Source: Eledone cirrhosa
Lineage: Eukaryota
DNA length: 64,000 nucleotides
Assembly: GCA_964016885.1 (NCBI GenBank)
Contig: OZ024741.1
Span: 335,048,001-335,112,000 of the forward strand
Reading direction: 5' to 3'
The notes beneath the pieces are model-generated. The model had not been told where the DNA came from and did no database searches. It was given only the letters and a program-made list of their open reading frames with translations. Below are positions 40,881-56,100 of this stretch, one piece after another. Numbering within the stretch: the first letter of the stretch is position 1; every line of letters starts with the position of its first letter. The translations under genes were made by a program, and so were the position numbers.

Positions 40881-41384
40881 TGTGCTGTATGAAATTTGGT
40901 AAATGGAAACTGCAGAAGCTCATTGTATATATACAGATGTGTATGTGTGTGTGTGTGTGTGTGTGTGCATTTGTTTGTGTCTATAACTGTGTTTATGTCC
41001 TTTAACTTAGTTGAACAAAAAAGCAATTGATAAAATAAGTACTAGGGTCGATATGATCGACTAAATCCCTTTATATCAGTGCTGCAGCTTGTTTGCAAAG
41101 TAACGACTGAAAACAGTAAAATATTAAAAGAATAACCTGGACAAAAATCATGGCAATGCCTTACTAAACTCTTGAAAGTGTGCCCCAGCATGGCTGTGGT
41201 CCTATGGCTGATAGCAGTAATCATCATCATCATCACTGTTTTACGTCCATTTTTCCACACTAGCATGAATTAGATGAGTTGTCCTGTTGTTGGCAATGCT
41301 AGGTCAGATGACCATGTCTTACTCATACAGAAATGATTTTGACCTGGTTTCTACAACTGGATGCCCTTCATACTGCCAACCTCA

Positions 41385-42398
41385 TTTACAGTGAGTATTG
41401 GGTGCTTTTTGTCCTGACACCTACACAACCACTTTACAGTGAGTATTGGGTGCTTTTTGTCCTGACACCTACACAACCTCTTTACAGTGAGTATTGGGTG
41501 CTTTTTGTCATGACACCTACACAACCACTTTACAGTGAGTATTGGGTGCTTTTTGTTGTGTCGCCTACATGACCACTTTACAGTGTGGGCTGGGTGCTTT
41601 TTGTCATGACACCTACATGACCACTTTACAGTGTGGACTAGGTGCTTTTTGTCATGACACCTACACGACCACTTTACAGTGTGGACTAGGTGCTTTTTGT
41701 CATGACACCTACATGACCACTTTACAGTGTGGGCTAGGTGCTTTTTGTCATGACACCTACACGACCACTTTACAGTGAGGACTAGGTGCTTTTTGTCATG
41801 ACACCTACATGACCACTTTAAAGTGTGGGCTAGGTGCTTTTTGTCATGACACCTACACAACCACTTTACAGTGTGGACTAGGTGCTTTTTGTCATGACAC
41901 CTACATGACCACTTTACAGTGTGGGCTAGGTGCTTTTTGTCATGATACCTACATAAGCACTTTACAGTGTGGGCTAGGTGCTTTTTGTCATGAACCTACA
42001 CAACCACTTTACAGTGTGGACTAGATGCTTTTTGTCATGACACCTACACGACCACTTTACAGTGTGGGCTGGGTGCATTTTGTCATGACACCTACATGAC
42101 CACTTTACAGTGTGGACTAGGTGCTTTTTGTCATGACACCTACATGACCACTTTACAGTGTGGGCTGGGTGCTTTTTGTCATGACACCTACATGACCACT
42201 TTACAGTGTGGACTAGGTGCTTTTTGTCATGACACCTACATGACCACTTTACAGTGTGGGCTGGGTGCTTTTTGTCATGACACCTACATGACCACTTTAC
42301 AGTGTGGACTAGGTGCTTTTTGTCATGACACCTACACGACCACTTTACAGTGTGGGCTGGGTGCTTTTTGTCATAACACCTACATGACCATTTTACAG
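41385..42398. repeat. 48-bp minisatellite, about 21 copies, grown from an internal segment of the RTE-associated 3' sequence (flank 41220-41385, minus strand)
   Basis: Unit CTTTACAGTGTGGACTAGGTGCTTTTTGTCATGACACCTACATGACCA; 16-aa periodicity in the ORF track. Confidence 0.95.
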
Positions 42399-42984
42399 CG
42401 GCAAGCAAAGTTTGAAATTAAAATAGAAAAAGAAGGCATCGTTGTAACATTTGACTAAATGAAATAATCTTAATACCCATCTTTTGATATTCGGTGGGTT
42501 TATACACCCTATTATTTAGTCAAATGTTACAGTGAAGTTTTCTATTTCTGTTTCAATAAATAAAATAATATGCCACTCAATGAATCATCCTCTAAGCTTT
42601 ACCAAATTTTCTAATTTGTTATGTCCAAATCACAACAAACTCTTCCTTGCCACCCTGTCTGATTAAAATATACATTTCCTTCTGATTAGATATTAAATCA
42701 CTACCAGTTTCTATTGCAGTTCTTCATTATTCTATTTACTTCGTGCCTCATAGGCTTTACCAGCTAAATTCTTATTGTCTTTTTTTCTTTCAAATTAATC
42801 TTATTTTTTCCTATTATACATCAGTATTTTATTCATTTCTTTTTCTCTTATATATATTTCTGTCAATTGGCATTCTCAATTGAAATTACCTTTCCATATA
42901 TATATATTTCTTTAACATTTCTTCTTCTTCTTCTTCTTCTTCTTCTTCTTCTTCTTCTTCTTCTTCTTCTTCTTCTTCTTCTTC

Positions 42985-43019
<35 letters not shown>

Positions 43020-44585
43020 TTAGAAAAATTCTATTACTTTTGTTTTTATCATCCATCATTAATTTTTACCCCTTATTTTCCAATTCCATTCTAGAAACTC
43101 ATTACTATATTTTCTTTTCTTTCTTTTTTTTTTGCTTTTTTTTTTCAAAGATGTCCTTTCTCTCTTTCCTTCTTAGGAATTTCTGTTTTTGATGTTTTTT
43201 ATAATTTTTATTTTTAAAACTGTTTTTTATTTCTTTCTGTAGTTCATCTCCCCCATCTCATTACAGTTCGTACCGAAAGTCTTACCGATTCTCATCCTGG
43301 TTCTATTTTTGTAATTTATTTTGCATGAAAGATTAACCTTTCTTATTTTCTTCAACTAAAATTCATTGCAATCACTGTATTTAGTTCCTTGAATATCAAA
43401 TAAAAGGAAATAAAACGCGCACACACACACAACAAAAACACATACACGGAAAAATTAACACGCACACAAAACACATATATAAAAACATACATATACATGC
43501 ATACAAAACACACACCAAATACACACAAACAGTCAACAAAAACATACAGAAAAACACACACAGAAAAAAAAGGATGTTTTTAATCATTTTCGACTGATAT
43601 ATTTTTAACATTTATTTATTACAAAATGACTTCTAGAAGTCTTTTAGTTCCACTCTAGAGAACCCTTGTATAATAGAATAATCAAACTTGAAAAATAACT
43701 TTAAATGAATTATATAATTATAAAGTATTTTATTTATATAGCTTTGTGTAATTGTTGAATCGGTTGAGTTGTTAGAGTATTGAGTTAAATACTTTGGTAT
43801 TTGTTCCAACTCACTTTCAGTTCAAATCCTGTTGAGGTCAACTTTGTGGTTTATTATTTTGGAGTTCTATAAATAATGTAGTGGGGTGGTGAATTGGCAA
43901 AGTCATTAGAACATCAGATAGAATGCTTTGCAGTACTTGCTTTGGCTCTGTGCACTCTTGAGTTCAAATCCTGCCTAGGTCAACTTTGTCTTTCATCCAT
44001 TCCAGATTGATAAAAAAGTACCAGTCCCATACTGTATCCCTTTCTCACTTCCATTCTTTCCCTCTCTGTCATTCTCTGGAAGAAATCTTCTGTGATCAGA
44101 CCTGGAGAGGAGATAGGCTCCACCAGGTTTAAAATACCCAAGAAATACAAAATGCCACTGCAGTACCCTACAACTCCATCAGGAGTTACAGGGAAAAATA
44201 AAAATAAAATAATGTATTAGTCCAGGATAGTGGATTGGCAGAATTATTAAAAACATAGACTTAGAAGTACCCACATCTTGAGACACACAAGAAAGCCAAA
44301 GTGTTCCAATTACCACAGTCAGTATCGTCTATCATTATATCATTCCGATTTTTGTTGATGGGTCTCAGGTCTCTGTCGATTGTCTGCTGCCAGTTCATCT
44401 TGAGATGTCTTCTTTACATTTTTCCCTGGGGGTACCAATATTGAACCGGATTAGCATTATTAAAGAGTCAAATAAATAAAGTGTCTGTCCAGTACGAGAC
44501 CTGTTACAAAATGCTTGCCTTCAAACTACTGCCAGTACTCATTTTCAGCTGAGTGGGTAGGAGCAATGTGAAATAAAGTTCTACT

Positions 44586-44790
44586 TTAACCCTTTAGCAT
44601 TTACATTACTCAATATATACTATTGTATTTCAATGGTAAACACATAATATCAAATCTACAAGATTTTAATATTATTTATTTTGAGAACAATGCCTTAACA
44701 TAAGTATGAGCAACCATTACAGCTGGTTTGAACAGAATAAGGTGAGAAACTTCTGGACAGATATGACAAGTTTGAATGCTAAAGGAATAA
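44586..44790. mobile_element. piggyBac-like MITE
   Basis: TTAA-CCCTTTAGCATT ... AATGCTAAAGGA-ATAA termini. Confidence 0.5.
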
Positions 44791-45587
44791 TGACACAGCA
44801 TATTGTTGAGTCTGGGAATTAAATACACTACCTTAAATTTGTGAGAATAACACATTAAACATAGTCCATGTGTCTTTACAACTAAATTTCTGGAAATTAA
44901 ACACACAACCTTACAATTGTGAGAATTAAACTCTAACTACTAGTCCACCTGTCTTTACAACTAAATGTATTGACTGTATTGACAATAAATACTTGCTGAT
45001 ATCTTAACACTCTTTGGGCAAAATGCCAGCACCTTGCTTCCTCCTCATTTTACACAGTTAAATTGCTTCTTAACCTTTTGGCTATGATCAAAATATATGA
45101 GTATGTTTTGAGCCAGCACATATCAGCAGACCAGTCTAGTGAATCTATGACAATATCAGTTCAGTTTAATAAAGGGTAAAGTTGGAAGTTTATTAAATAT
45201 TTTGTTGGTGGAAAAAGCTAAAATTAAGTGAGTGATTCTTGATTGATTTTTTGAAAAACTGTTAAAAGTTATTGATTAGTTGCAATATAAACTTTACTTT
45301 CACTTCACTTTTCTCTTGACTCACCAGTATTGTGGGAGTAGTGTTTATGCAAATTACCTTGTATAAATACAGTCTGGCAGAGTCCATCCCTCTCTAGGCT
45401 TGACTATGACCAATTTCCTTCAAATATTCTAGTATGTGCAAGCATGGCTGTGTGGTTAAGGTGTTCACTTTGCTATGATGTAAATTCAGGTGACTTCTAT
45501 GATAGCCTCTGCTTGACCCATGTATTGTGAGTGGAATTTTGCAGTCATAAACTGCAGAAGCTTGTCATGTGTGTATGTGTGTGTGTA

Positions 45588-46020
45588 TCATCATCATCAT
45601 CATCATCACCACCATCATGACTATCATCTTCACTACTACCACGACCACCACCACCACCACCACCATCATCATGACTATCATCATCGTCACCATGACTATC
45701 ATCATCGTCACCACCACCACCATCATCAGTATCATCACCACCACAACCATCATGACTATCATCATCGCCATCACCACCATCATCATGACTACCATCACCA
45801 TCACCAACATCATGGCAATTATCATCACCACCATCATCATCATAAGTATCATCACCGCCATCGCCACCATCATGACTATCATCATCGCCATCACCACCAC
45901 CATCATGACTATCATCATCACCATCACCACCATCATCATGACTACCATCAACATCACCATCATCATGGCAATCATCATCACCACTACCACCACCACCATA
46001 ATCATCACCTTATCATTATT
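45588..46020. repeat. (CAT/CAC)n compound repeat
   Basis: Direct reading; explains the poly-His ORF. Confidence 0.9.
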
Positions 46021-46146
46021 ATCATCACCAGTCACATCAGTCACTATGCTCAAAGTATTGTTTTATCATTACCAATCACATCACCTATTTAAAATTATTA
46101 AAACAACAGCAAAGATGATCATTAAGATCAGATTAACTGAAACCAA

Positions 46147-46197
<51 letters not shown>

Positions 46198-46700
46198 ATT
46201 AAATTTAAAACTATGTAAAATAATATATTATAAAAAAATGAAAATATAAGATAGATCTTTTTTAAAAAAAATGTTTAAACTATTGCTCGACACACTGAGA
46301 ATTCTGTAAGAAACACATAACATAGGTATGGTATATTTCAAAATGGCAAAATATGTTATTATAAGTTTATAGCTATTATAATAGACAAATGGTTGAAATA
46401 AGTAAATAATTTTAGTGGCAAGGAAGTTGATAAATGTGAAGTGTTGATTATTCTATCAAATATATTAGAGATTATTTATTTACAGATGATTGCTTGCTAG
46501 TCTTTCTCAATAACATCTCCTCTAAATCATTTTATTTCATTGTACTGCCACTGTCTTCCATTTTGGTTTTGTTTTTTTGTATTTTTTTTTTTCTCTATTT
46601 CTCTTTTAGAAAAGACGATTACCATTTTTCTCCTTTCGTTCGTTATATTTTATTTATTTCAGATTCTGCATTGATTGAATTCTTTTTTACTTTTCAACAC

Positions 46701-46780
<80 letters not shown>

Positions 46781-46783
<3 letters not shown>

Positions 46784-48350
46784 TGGGCTCTTAGAAAACT
46801 AGGTGTCGACGAATGGCTTGTGAGAGCTATACAAGCCATGTATAAAGAAACAGTCAGCAAGGTTAGAATTAACAACGAATATAGTGAAGAGTTTAGCGTA
46901 AAAGTTGGCGTCCATCAGGGCTCTGTTCTCAGCCCCCTACTATTTATTATTGCCCTTCAGGCTATAACAGAGGAGTTCAAGACCGGCTGCCCATGGGAAC
47001 TCCTATACGCAGACGACCTGACACTCATAGCGGAATCAATGGCCGAGCTAGAGAAGAAATTCCAAACATGGAAGCACGGCCTAGAATCAAAAGGACTTAA
47101 AATTAACCTGGCTAAGACTAAAGTTCTAGTTTGTAGGAAAGAAAATAAGGCGGCGGTCCCTTCTGGGAAATGGTCGTGCTCGGTGTGTAGGAAAGGCGTA
47201 GGTAGAAACTCCATTTTATGTCCTAAATGCAAAGTATGGGTGCATAAAAGATGTAGTGGGATCACAGGTAAGCTAACTAAGAACATAGATTTTACATGTG
47301 GCCGGTGCTCTGGTGCAATAAGTAGCAGCAAGTGCCCACAAAATACTAGCTCTTTCAATTGTGCAGAGGGTTCTATAGAAATAGTGGACAGCTTCCGTTA
47401 CCTGGGTGATAAAATCAGCAGTGGGGGAGGGTGCTCTGAAAGTACAATAGCTAGAGTCAGAACTGGTTGGAAAAAGTTCAGAGAGCTTATACCACTATTA
47501 GCTGCTAAAGGGTTCTCCCTAAAAATGAAAGGCAGGTTGTACGATGCCTGCATACGAACAGCAATGTTGCAAGGCAGTGAGACCTGGGCATTGTGTGCAG
47601 AGGATATACGCAGACTAGAGAGGAACGAAGCTTGCATGCTCCGCTGGATGTGTAACAGTAATATACGTGAACGGCAAAGCATAAACGAACTAAGGAAAAA
47701 ATTAGAAATAAGCGGGATCAGATGTTGTTTACTCGAGAGAAGGCTATGTTGGTATGGACACGTGATGCGCATGAAAGTCGATAGCTGTATAACAAAGTGC
47801 AGGGCAATAAAGATAGACGGTAGCCATGGAATAGGCAGACCTAGAAAAACCTGGGACGAGCTGATAAACTCCGACCTCACACACTTACACCTCTCCAAGA
47901 CAATGTCACTGGACGAGACCTTTGGCGGTACTCAGTAACAGAGAAGACCCGCCTTACCTAAATACATAGTAAAACCTACTACAGCCAGTAGGCATCTCTA
48001 ACAAAATACACCCCGTCCCACCACCCCCACCCCCACCCCATCCACACCACCCCGTTCTATGTAAAGTTATGTTGGTGCCACACCATCCAGGCCGAAACAA
48101 ATGAGATCGTGTAGGTGTCACGACAAAAAACACACAGTCCACACTGTAATGTGGCCGTGTAGGCAACACGGTAAAAACCTCCCAGACCCACACTGTAAAT
48201 GTGGTTGGTGTTAGGAAGGGCATCCAACTGTAGAAAACCTGCCAGACAGTCCTATGCGAGCAAGACAATCACTCTTGCCTCAAGTGGGACTACCCCCGTC
48301 CAAACCCATGCAAGCGTGGAACATGGACGTTAAACGTTGATGATGGTGAT
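46781..48350 (+). mobile_element. 5'-truncated RTE-clade LINE: RT C-terminal half with a PHD-like finger, 3' UTR and (GAT)n tail
   Basis: ORF 46820..47938 contains GVHQGSVLSPLLF, LLYADD, GLKINLAKTK, FRYLG, WYGHVMRM and GRPRKTW. A 1-bp deletion near 47915 relative to the 12490 copy shifts the last codons. Inserted in (TA)n. Confidence 0.95.
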
Positions 48351-48508
48351 ATATATATATATATATATATATTCTGACGTCTTGGATTTTTAGCTTCAAT
48401 TCTCTCATTGCGCGATTATAGAGCCACGTGATCATTATATTATATATCGATCTCATTATATATATATATGTGTGTGTATATATATATACACACACACACA
48501 CACATATA

Positions 48509-48708
48509 TACAATGGTTGGCTGAAAAGTTCATATGCTAACTAAAATACTCTCATGGAATGACCAAATGAGGTTTATTTTTTTAACATAGTCCAGGGAAA
48601 GAAACAATGCAGTTATTGATAAAAAGAGTTGAAATTAATGTATGCAACTTTCCACAGCTCTAGCATTACTCCCAAGTCAGCCTATGAACGTTTCAGCCTA
48701 CTCTCGTA
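48509..48708. mobile_element. Mariner-type MITE
   Basis: TIRs TACAATGGTTGGCTGAAAAGTTCATATGCT / AGCCTATGAACGTTTCAGCCTACTCTCGTA, with TA flanks. Confidence 0.8.
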
Positions 48709-49677
48709 TATATATATATATATATATACATATTTAATATAGAAATGGCTTCTACAGGACTTGAACTGTTTCCTGATGATATCCTCCGATATAAGAAAAA
48801 AATAGCTATAGCCAAAAAGAAACACCAACAACATTTTTATAAAACCAAATATATATATATATATATATATATATTTGGTTTTATAAAAATGTTGTTGTTT
48901 TGGGTGTTTCTTTTTGGCTATAGCTATTTTTTTCTTATATGTGAAAGTGGTGTGACTTAGTAAATAGGGTGTTCAGTTCATGATCATAAGGCTGTGTGTT
49001 CACTCCTAGAAACCCAATAGGTCTTTCATTTTATTTAATCCTTTTGTTTCATTATTGATTAAAATTATATATATAAGTATATATTAACACTATTTTTTCA
49101 TATCATAAATTTTTTCCATGTGATTTTGTTTGTTTGTCTTTTCAGAGGAAATAGAGTTGTTTTCTGTCCATTTTTATAAACTTTCTAATTTTCTTCTTCA
49201 TATACATGAAGGGGCAGAACGTAGTGGTTAGGTTGTTCAGATCACAATCATAAGGTCAGGTTGAGAATTCAATTCCCTTGAATGTGTCGTGTCCTTGACT
49301 AAGACACTATATTTCAGGTTAAAAAAAATAAAAGTTACTTTTACCTGTAATTGTCACACACATTCAACACATTGCATCCAGCTGAATCTCCTTGAGAATT
49401 ATGTCAAGGTGAAAAAATAAGTTTGATTCACAAAGGGGCATTGTGTCTTTGAGCAAGCAACTTTAATTCACATTGCTCCAGTGCACTCAGGTAGAAGAAA
49501 ATGTGTTGTGCGTGTGTACAGTGTTATGCTGAATGTCCCTGAGAAATATATTCAGGGTACACATGTCTATGAAATGCTCAATCACTTGCACATTGATTAT
49601 ACAAGCAAGCTGTTCCATTGATAAAGCCACTAGAAAATTCTTTGTTGGAACCGAAAGAGGTGCAACACACACCTTTC

Positions 49678-49717
<40 letters not shown>

Positions 49718-50323
49718 TATTGACACATACATATAATTTATATTGACTCGTGTGTGTGCGTGTATATATATATATAGAGATAGATATATAGATATTGTGA
49801 ATGTATATGTGGAAGGTGGTCGTTAAACGACAATAATAATGATATATATATATATATATATTGACATGTATGTGTATATATATATATATATATGATGATG
49901 ATGAGGATGATATATATATAATATTCAGGTATTATATATATATATATTATATTCAGGTAATATATATATATATATTATATTATATTCAGGTATTATATAT
50001 ATATATGGTATATTTTGTTTGTCATTCATGTTACAAGCTACTATTAGCCTTCTGTCATTCTTCTGTCACGCTGTTCATCAGTATCGGCAAATGTAGCTGT
50101 TATTGACTGCAGATTCTACTACATCATTATCAATACTCTAGCCCCCCACCCCCACCCCCGACTCTAATATTTCTTACTTTTCCTTTTTTTTTTCTTTTTT
50201 TTACCATGGAAGTAATTTTTTTTACATTTTTTTTGTACCTATTTTCTTTTTTGTTTCCTTTTTTATTTCTAATTTCACATTTCTTTCTTTTCCTTGCTCC
50301 TCACCTCTCTCTCAATGTATGTG

Positions 50324-50358
<35 letters not shown>

Positions 50359-50425
50359 ATGTATGATAATGATCTATATATATATATATCATCATTTTAC
50401 ATATACATATGCGAGTGTGTGTATA

Positions 50426-50470
<45 letters not shown>

Positions 50471-51544
50471 CATATATACATATGTATATATATTTATACA
50501 TACTTACATACATTTTTCTGTCACATTCTTATTTCTGTACAACATGCACTCACACACACACTAACCATATCCATTGCCGTTCCTCCCTGATTTTGCTGAT
50601 ATTGTTATTGTTTTTATTGTTATTAACATTTTTCTGATTTCTCTCCACCACCTCCCCTATATACCACTGCCCTCCACCACCTCTACTCCACCATGTCCCC
50701 TCCAACAGCCCATATCTCCAACCCCTCCCATCCGTCTCCCCTTCACCACACCGCCTCCAACAGCCATGGTTCCAACACTTCCTCCATCACACTACCCTCC
50801 GACACCCCCTCCCCCACCACCACCATCTACACCCCCCTCCAACAGCCACGAGTCCAACACTTTCTTCCACCACCATCTACCTTCCACTACCTCCCACCTC
50901 CAACAGCCTCCCCCATCTACCCACCACCCCACCCCCCAACCGCCATGTCTCATGCCTCACCATTTATTGATCAGGCCTCTGTCTTAGTTGCTTTGCTCCA
51001 TCCATTCTCTCATTGACCACATCCAACTCTTTATTTACACACATTCATGCACACACACATACACACACGTGCATGCATCCATGCATGCACTCGCACACAT
51101 ACATAGACACACACACACACAAATATGCAAGCACACACACACACACATATATACATATGTAGACATGCACACACAGATATGCATGCACTCACACTTATAC
51201 ACGATCGAACATACACCTAGATATGCATTCTCACACAAATATGTAACCACACACTCATATACACACATGCATACACACAGGTGTACATACACACAGACAG
51301 ACATACACACATGCACACACACAGGTGTACATACACACATGCATACACAGACACAGACAGACATACACACATGCATACACAGACACAGGAAGACATACAC
51401 ACATGCATGCATACATACAGGCAGACATACACACACAGAGACTTAAACAAGGAAAAGATGATTAAAGATGGAAGAAAATCTCTGTTGATTTTGACACAGC
51501 GTGTTCCAGTTGTTTGACCAATTTACTTATGAAATTAATGTGTA

Positions 51545-51870
51545 ATTTCCACAGACACGTGTACCCTAATGTCATTCTCAGGGAGATTCACTATGACACA
51601 GTATGTGTGACAAGGCTGACCCTTTGAACCACAGGTACAGTCCAGCTTGTATTATAGTGAAAGTGGCTGAGTATTCCACAGATACGTATACCCTAAACGC
51701 ACTTCTCAGGGAGATTCAGTATAACACAGTATGTGTGACAAAGCTGGCCCTTGAAATTACAAGTACAATCCATCTTGTAAGATAGTATAAGTGGTTGTAA
51801 TTTCCACAGATATGTGTAACTTAAACGTAATTCTCAGGGAGATTCAGCATAACACAGTCTATCTGATAAG
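51545..51870. repeat. About 3 degenerate tandem copies of a ~125-bp repeat segment; related sequence in reverse at 49520-49590
   Basis: TTCCACAGA...TTCTCAGGGAGATTCA...ACACAGT occurs three times. Confidence 0.7.
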
Positions 51871-52500
51871 GTTCCAAATATTTTCTGTCTCCTCAATTTC
51901 ACACAAAAGGCATGGATTGCCCCAGGGTGGAGCTATATGATATGCCCTGGCATCAAACTCATGATGTAATGATTGCAAAGTAAATCTTTTTTACCATTTG
52001 CCCATGCTGTGTCCATTCTTATACATGCAGACACACACTCACAAACATTGACTGACACACATGCACACACACACACTCACACACATACACACAGACACAC
52101 ATGCACATACACTCACACAGAGATGCACTCATTCATATAAACACTCACACACCCATATTCACATACATGCAGACACACACACTCACACACTCACACACTC
52201 ACAAACATTGACACACCTGCACACACACACACACACACACACACCCACTCACACAGAGATGCACTCATTCATATACACACTCACTCACCCACATTCACAT
52301 ACATGCAGACACACACACTCACACACTCACACACATTGACACACCTGCACACACACACACACTCACACACACAGACACACACACACACACACATGCACAC
52401 ACACTCACACAGAGATGCACTCATTCATATACACACTCACACACCCACATTCACATACATGCAGACACACACACCCACACACTCACAAACATTGACACAC

Positions 52501-52538
<38 letters not shown>

Positions 52539-53081
52539 ACAAGCACACACACTCACACACAAACATGCAGACATACACACATATTCACACATGTGCAGAC
52601 GCCTTTTCCCACATTTCCACACACTCAAACACACACTCACACACACACTAACACCTCTTCCAACACTCACACATACATTAACACACATGCAGACACACAC
52701 ACACACCTCTTACCACACACACCTATATATACACACACACACATACACAGACATACTAACATACACACACATACACTGACATGCTAAGATAAACATATAT
52801 ACACACATACATACACATACACTGACAGGCTAACATACACACACATATATATATACACACACATACACTGACATGCTAACATGCACATATATACACACAT
52901 ACATACACTGCATGCTAACATACACACACATATATATACACACATTCACATGCTAATATACACACTTATGCACATATACACACATACACCTCACGCATAC
53001 ACACAGATACATACACTCATATAATAAACACATGCTAATACACACACATACACATGCACACACACACACACACACACATAT

Positions 53082-53116
<35 letters not shown>

Positions 53117-53179
53117 TGCACATATACATGTGCACAACACACATACATACACACACATGCACATGCTAATATACACAGA

Positions 53180-56100
53180 TATACACACACACATACATGT
53201 TCACATCACATACACACACACACACACATACATGTTCATATCATACGAAGACACACACATGTTCACATCATACACACACACACATACATGTTCACATCAA
53301 ACACACACACACACATACATGTTCACATCATACACACACATATATGTTCACATCATACACACACACACACATACATGTTCACATCAAACACACACATATA
53401 TGTTCACATCATACACACACACACACATACATGTTCACATCATACACACACACACACTTACATGTTCCCATCATACACACACACATACATGTTCACATCA
53501 TACACACACACACACGCATACATGTTCACACCATACACACGCACACACATACATGTTCACATCTTACACAAAACACTCACACACATACATGTTCACATCA
53601 TACACACACATACACACACATGCATGTTCACATCATAAACACACACATGTTCACATCATACACGCACACACACACATACATGTTCAGATCACACACACAC
53701 ACACATGTTCACATCATACACACACATACATGTTCACATCATACACACATACATGTTCACATCATAACACACACACATACATGTTCACATCATACACATA
53801 CACACACACACATACATGTTCACATCATACGCACATACATGTTCACATCATACACACACACATACATGTTCACATCATACACACACACATACATGTCCAC
53901 ATCATACACACACACATACATGTTCATATCATACACACCCACATACATCTTCACATCATACACACACACACATACATACATGTTCACATCATACACACAC
54001 ACACATACTTGTTCACATCATACACACACACACACACACATACATGTTCACATCATACAAACACACACACACATACCTGTTCAAATCATACACACACGCA
54101 CACATACATGTTCACATCATACAGACACACACATATACAAGTTCACATCATACACACACACATACATATTCACATCATACACATACATACACACATACAT
54201 ACATGTTCACATCATACACACACACACATACATGTTCACATCATACACACACATACATACATGTTCACATCATACACATACACACACATACATGTTCACA
54301 TCATACACATACACACATACATACATGTTCACATCATACACACACACACATATACATGTTCACATCATACACACACACACACACACACACACATGTTCAC
54401 ATCATACACACACACACACATACATGTTCACATCATACAAACACACACACATACATGTTCACATCGTACACACACACATACATGTCCACATCATACACAC
54501 ATACATGTTCACATCATACACACACACATACATGTTCACATCATACACACACACATACATGTTCACATAATACACACACACACATACATGTTCACATCAT
54601 ACGCACATACATGTTCACATCATACACACACACATACATGTTCACATCATACACACACACATACATGTCCACATCATACACACACACATACATGTTCATA
54701 TCATACACACCCACATACATCTTCACATCATACACACACACACATACATACATGTTCACATCATACACACACACACATACTTGTTCACATCATACACACA
54801 CACACATACATGTTCACATCATACAAACACACACACACATACCTGTTCACATCATACACACACACACATATATATGTTCACATCATACACACACACACAC
54901 ATACATGTTCACATCATACACACACACACATACATGTTCACATCGTACACACACACATACATGTTCACATCATACACACATACATGTTCACATCATACAC
55001 ACACACATACATGTTCACATCATACACACACACATACATGTTCACATAATACACACACACACATACATGTTCACATCATACGCACATACATGTTCACATC
55101 ACACACACACACACATACATGTTCACATCATACACACACACATACATGTTTACATCATACACACACACATACATGTCCACATCATACACACACACATACA
55201 TGTTCATATCATACACACCCACATACATCTTCACATCATACACACACACACATACATACATGTTCACATCATACACACACACACATACTTGTTCACATCA
55301 TACACACACACACACACATACATGTTCACATCATACAAACACACACACACATACATGTTCACATCATACACACACGCACACATACATGTTCACATCATAC
55401 AGACACACACATATAAAAGTTCACATCATACACACACACATACATGTTCACATCATACACACACACATACATATTCACATCATACACATACATACACACA
55501 TACATACATGTTCACATCATACACACACACACATATATGTTCACATCATACAAACACAAACACACACATACATGTTCACATCATACACATACACACACAT
55601 ACATGTTCACATCATACACATACACACACATACACGTTCACATCATACACATACACACACATACATGTTCACATCATACACATACACACATACATACATG
55701 TTCACATCATACACACATACATGTTCACATCATACACACACACACATATACATGTTCACATCATACACACACACACACACACACACATGTTCACATCATA
55801 CACACACACACACATACATGTTCACATCATACACACACACACATACATGTTCACATCATACACACACACATACATGTTCACATCATACACATACATACAC
55901 ACATACATACATGTTCACATAATACACACACACACATACATGTTCACATCATACAAACACACACACATATTACATGTTCCCATCATACACACACACACAT
56001 ACATGTTCACATCACACACACATACATGTTCATATCATACACACACATACATACATGTTCACATAATGCACACACACATACATGTTCATATCACACACAC

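Noticed and set aside
41385-42398. CRISPR-like regular array
   Set aside because: Units are contiguous near-identical 48-mers without unique spacers; no cas genes; eukaryotic context.
45520-46153. Poly-His / poly-Ile ORFs
   Set aside because: (CAT/CAC)n simple repeat.
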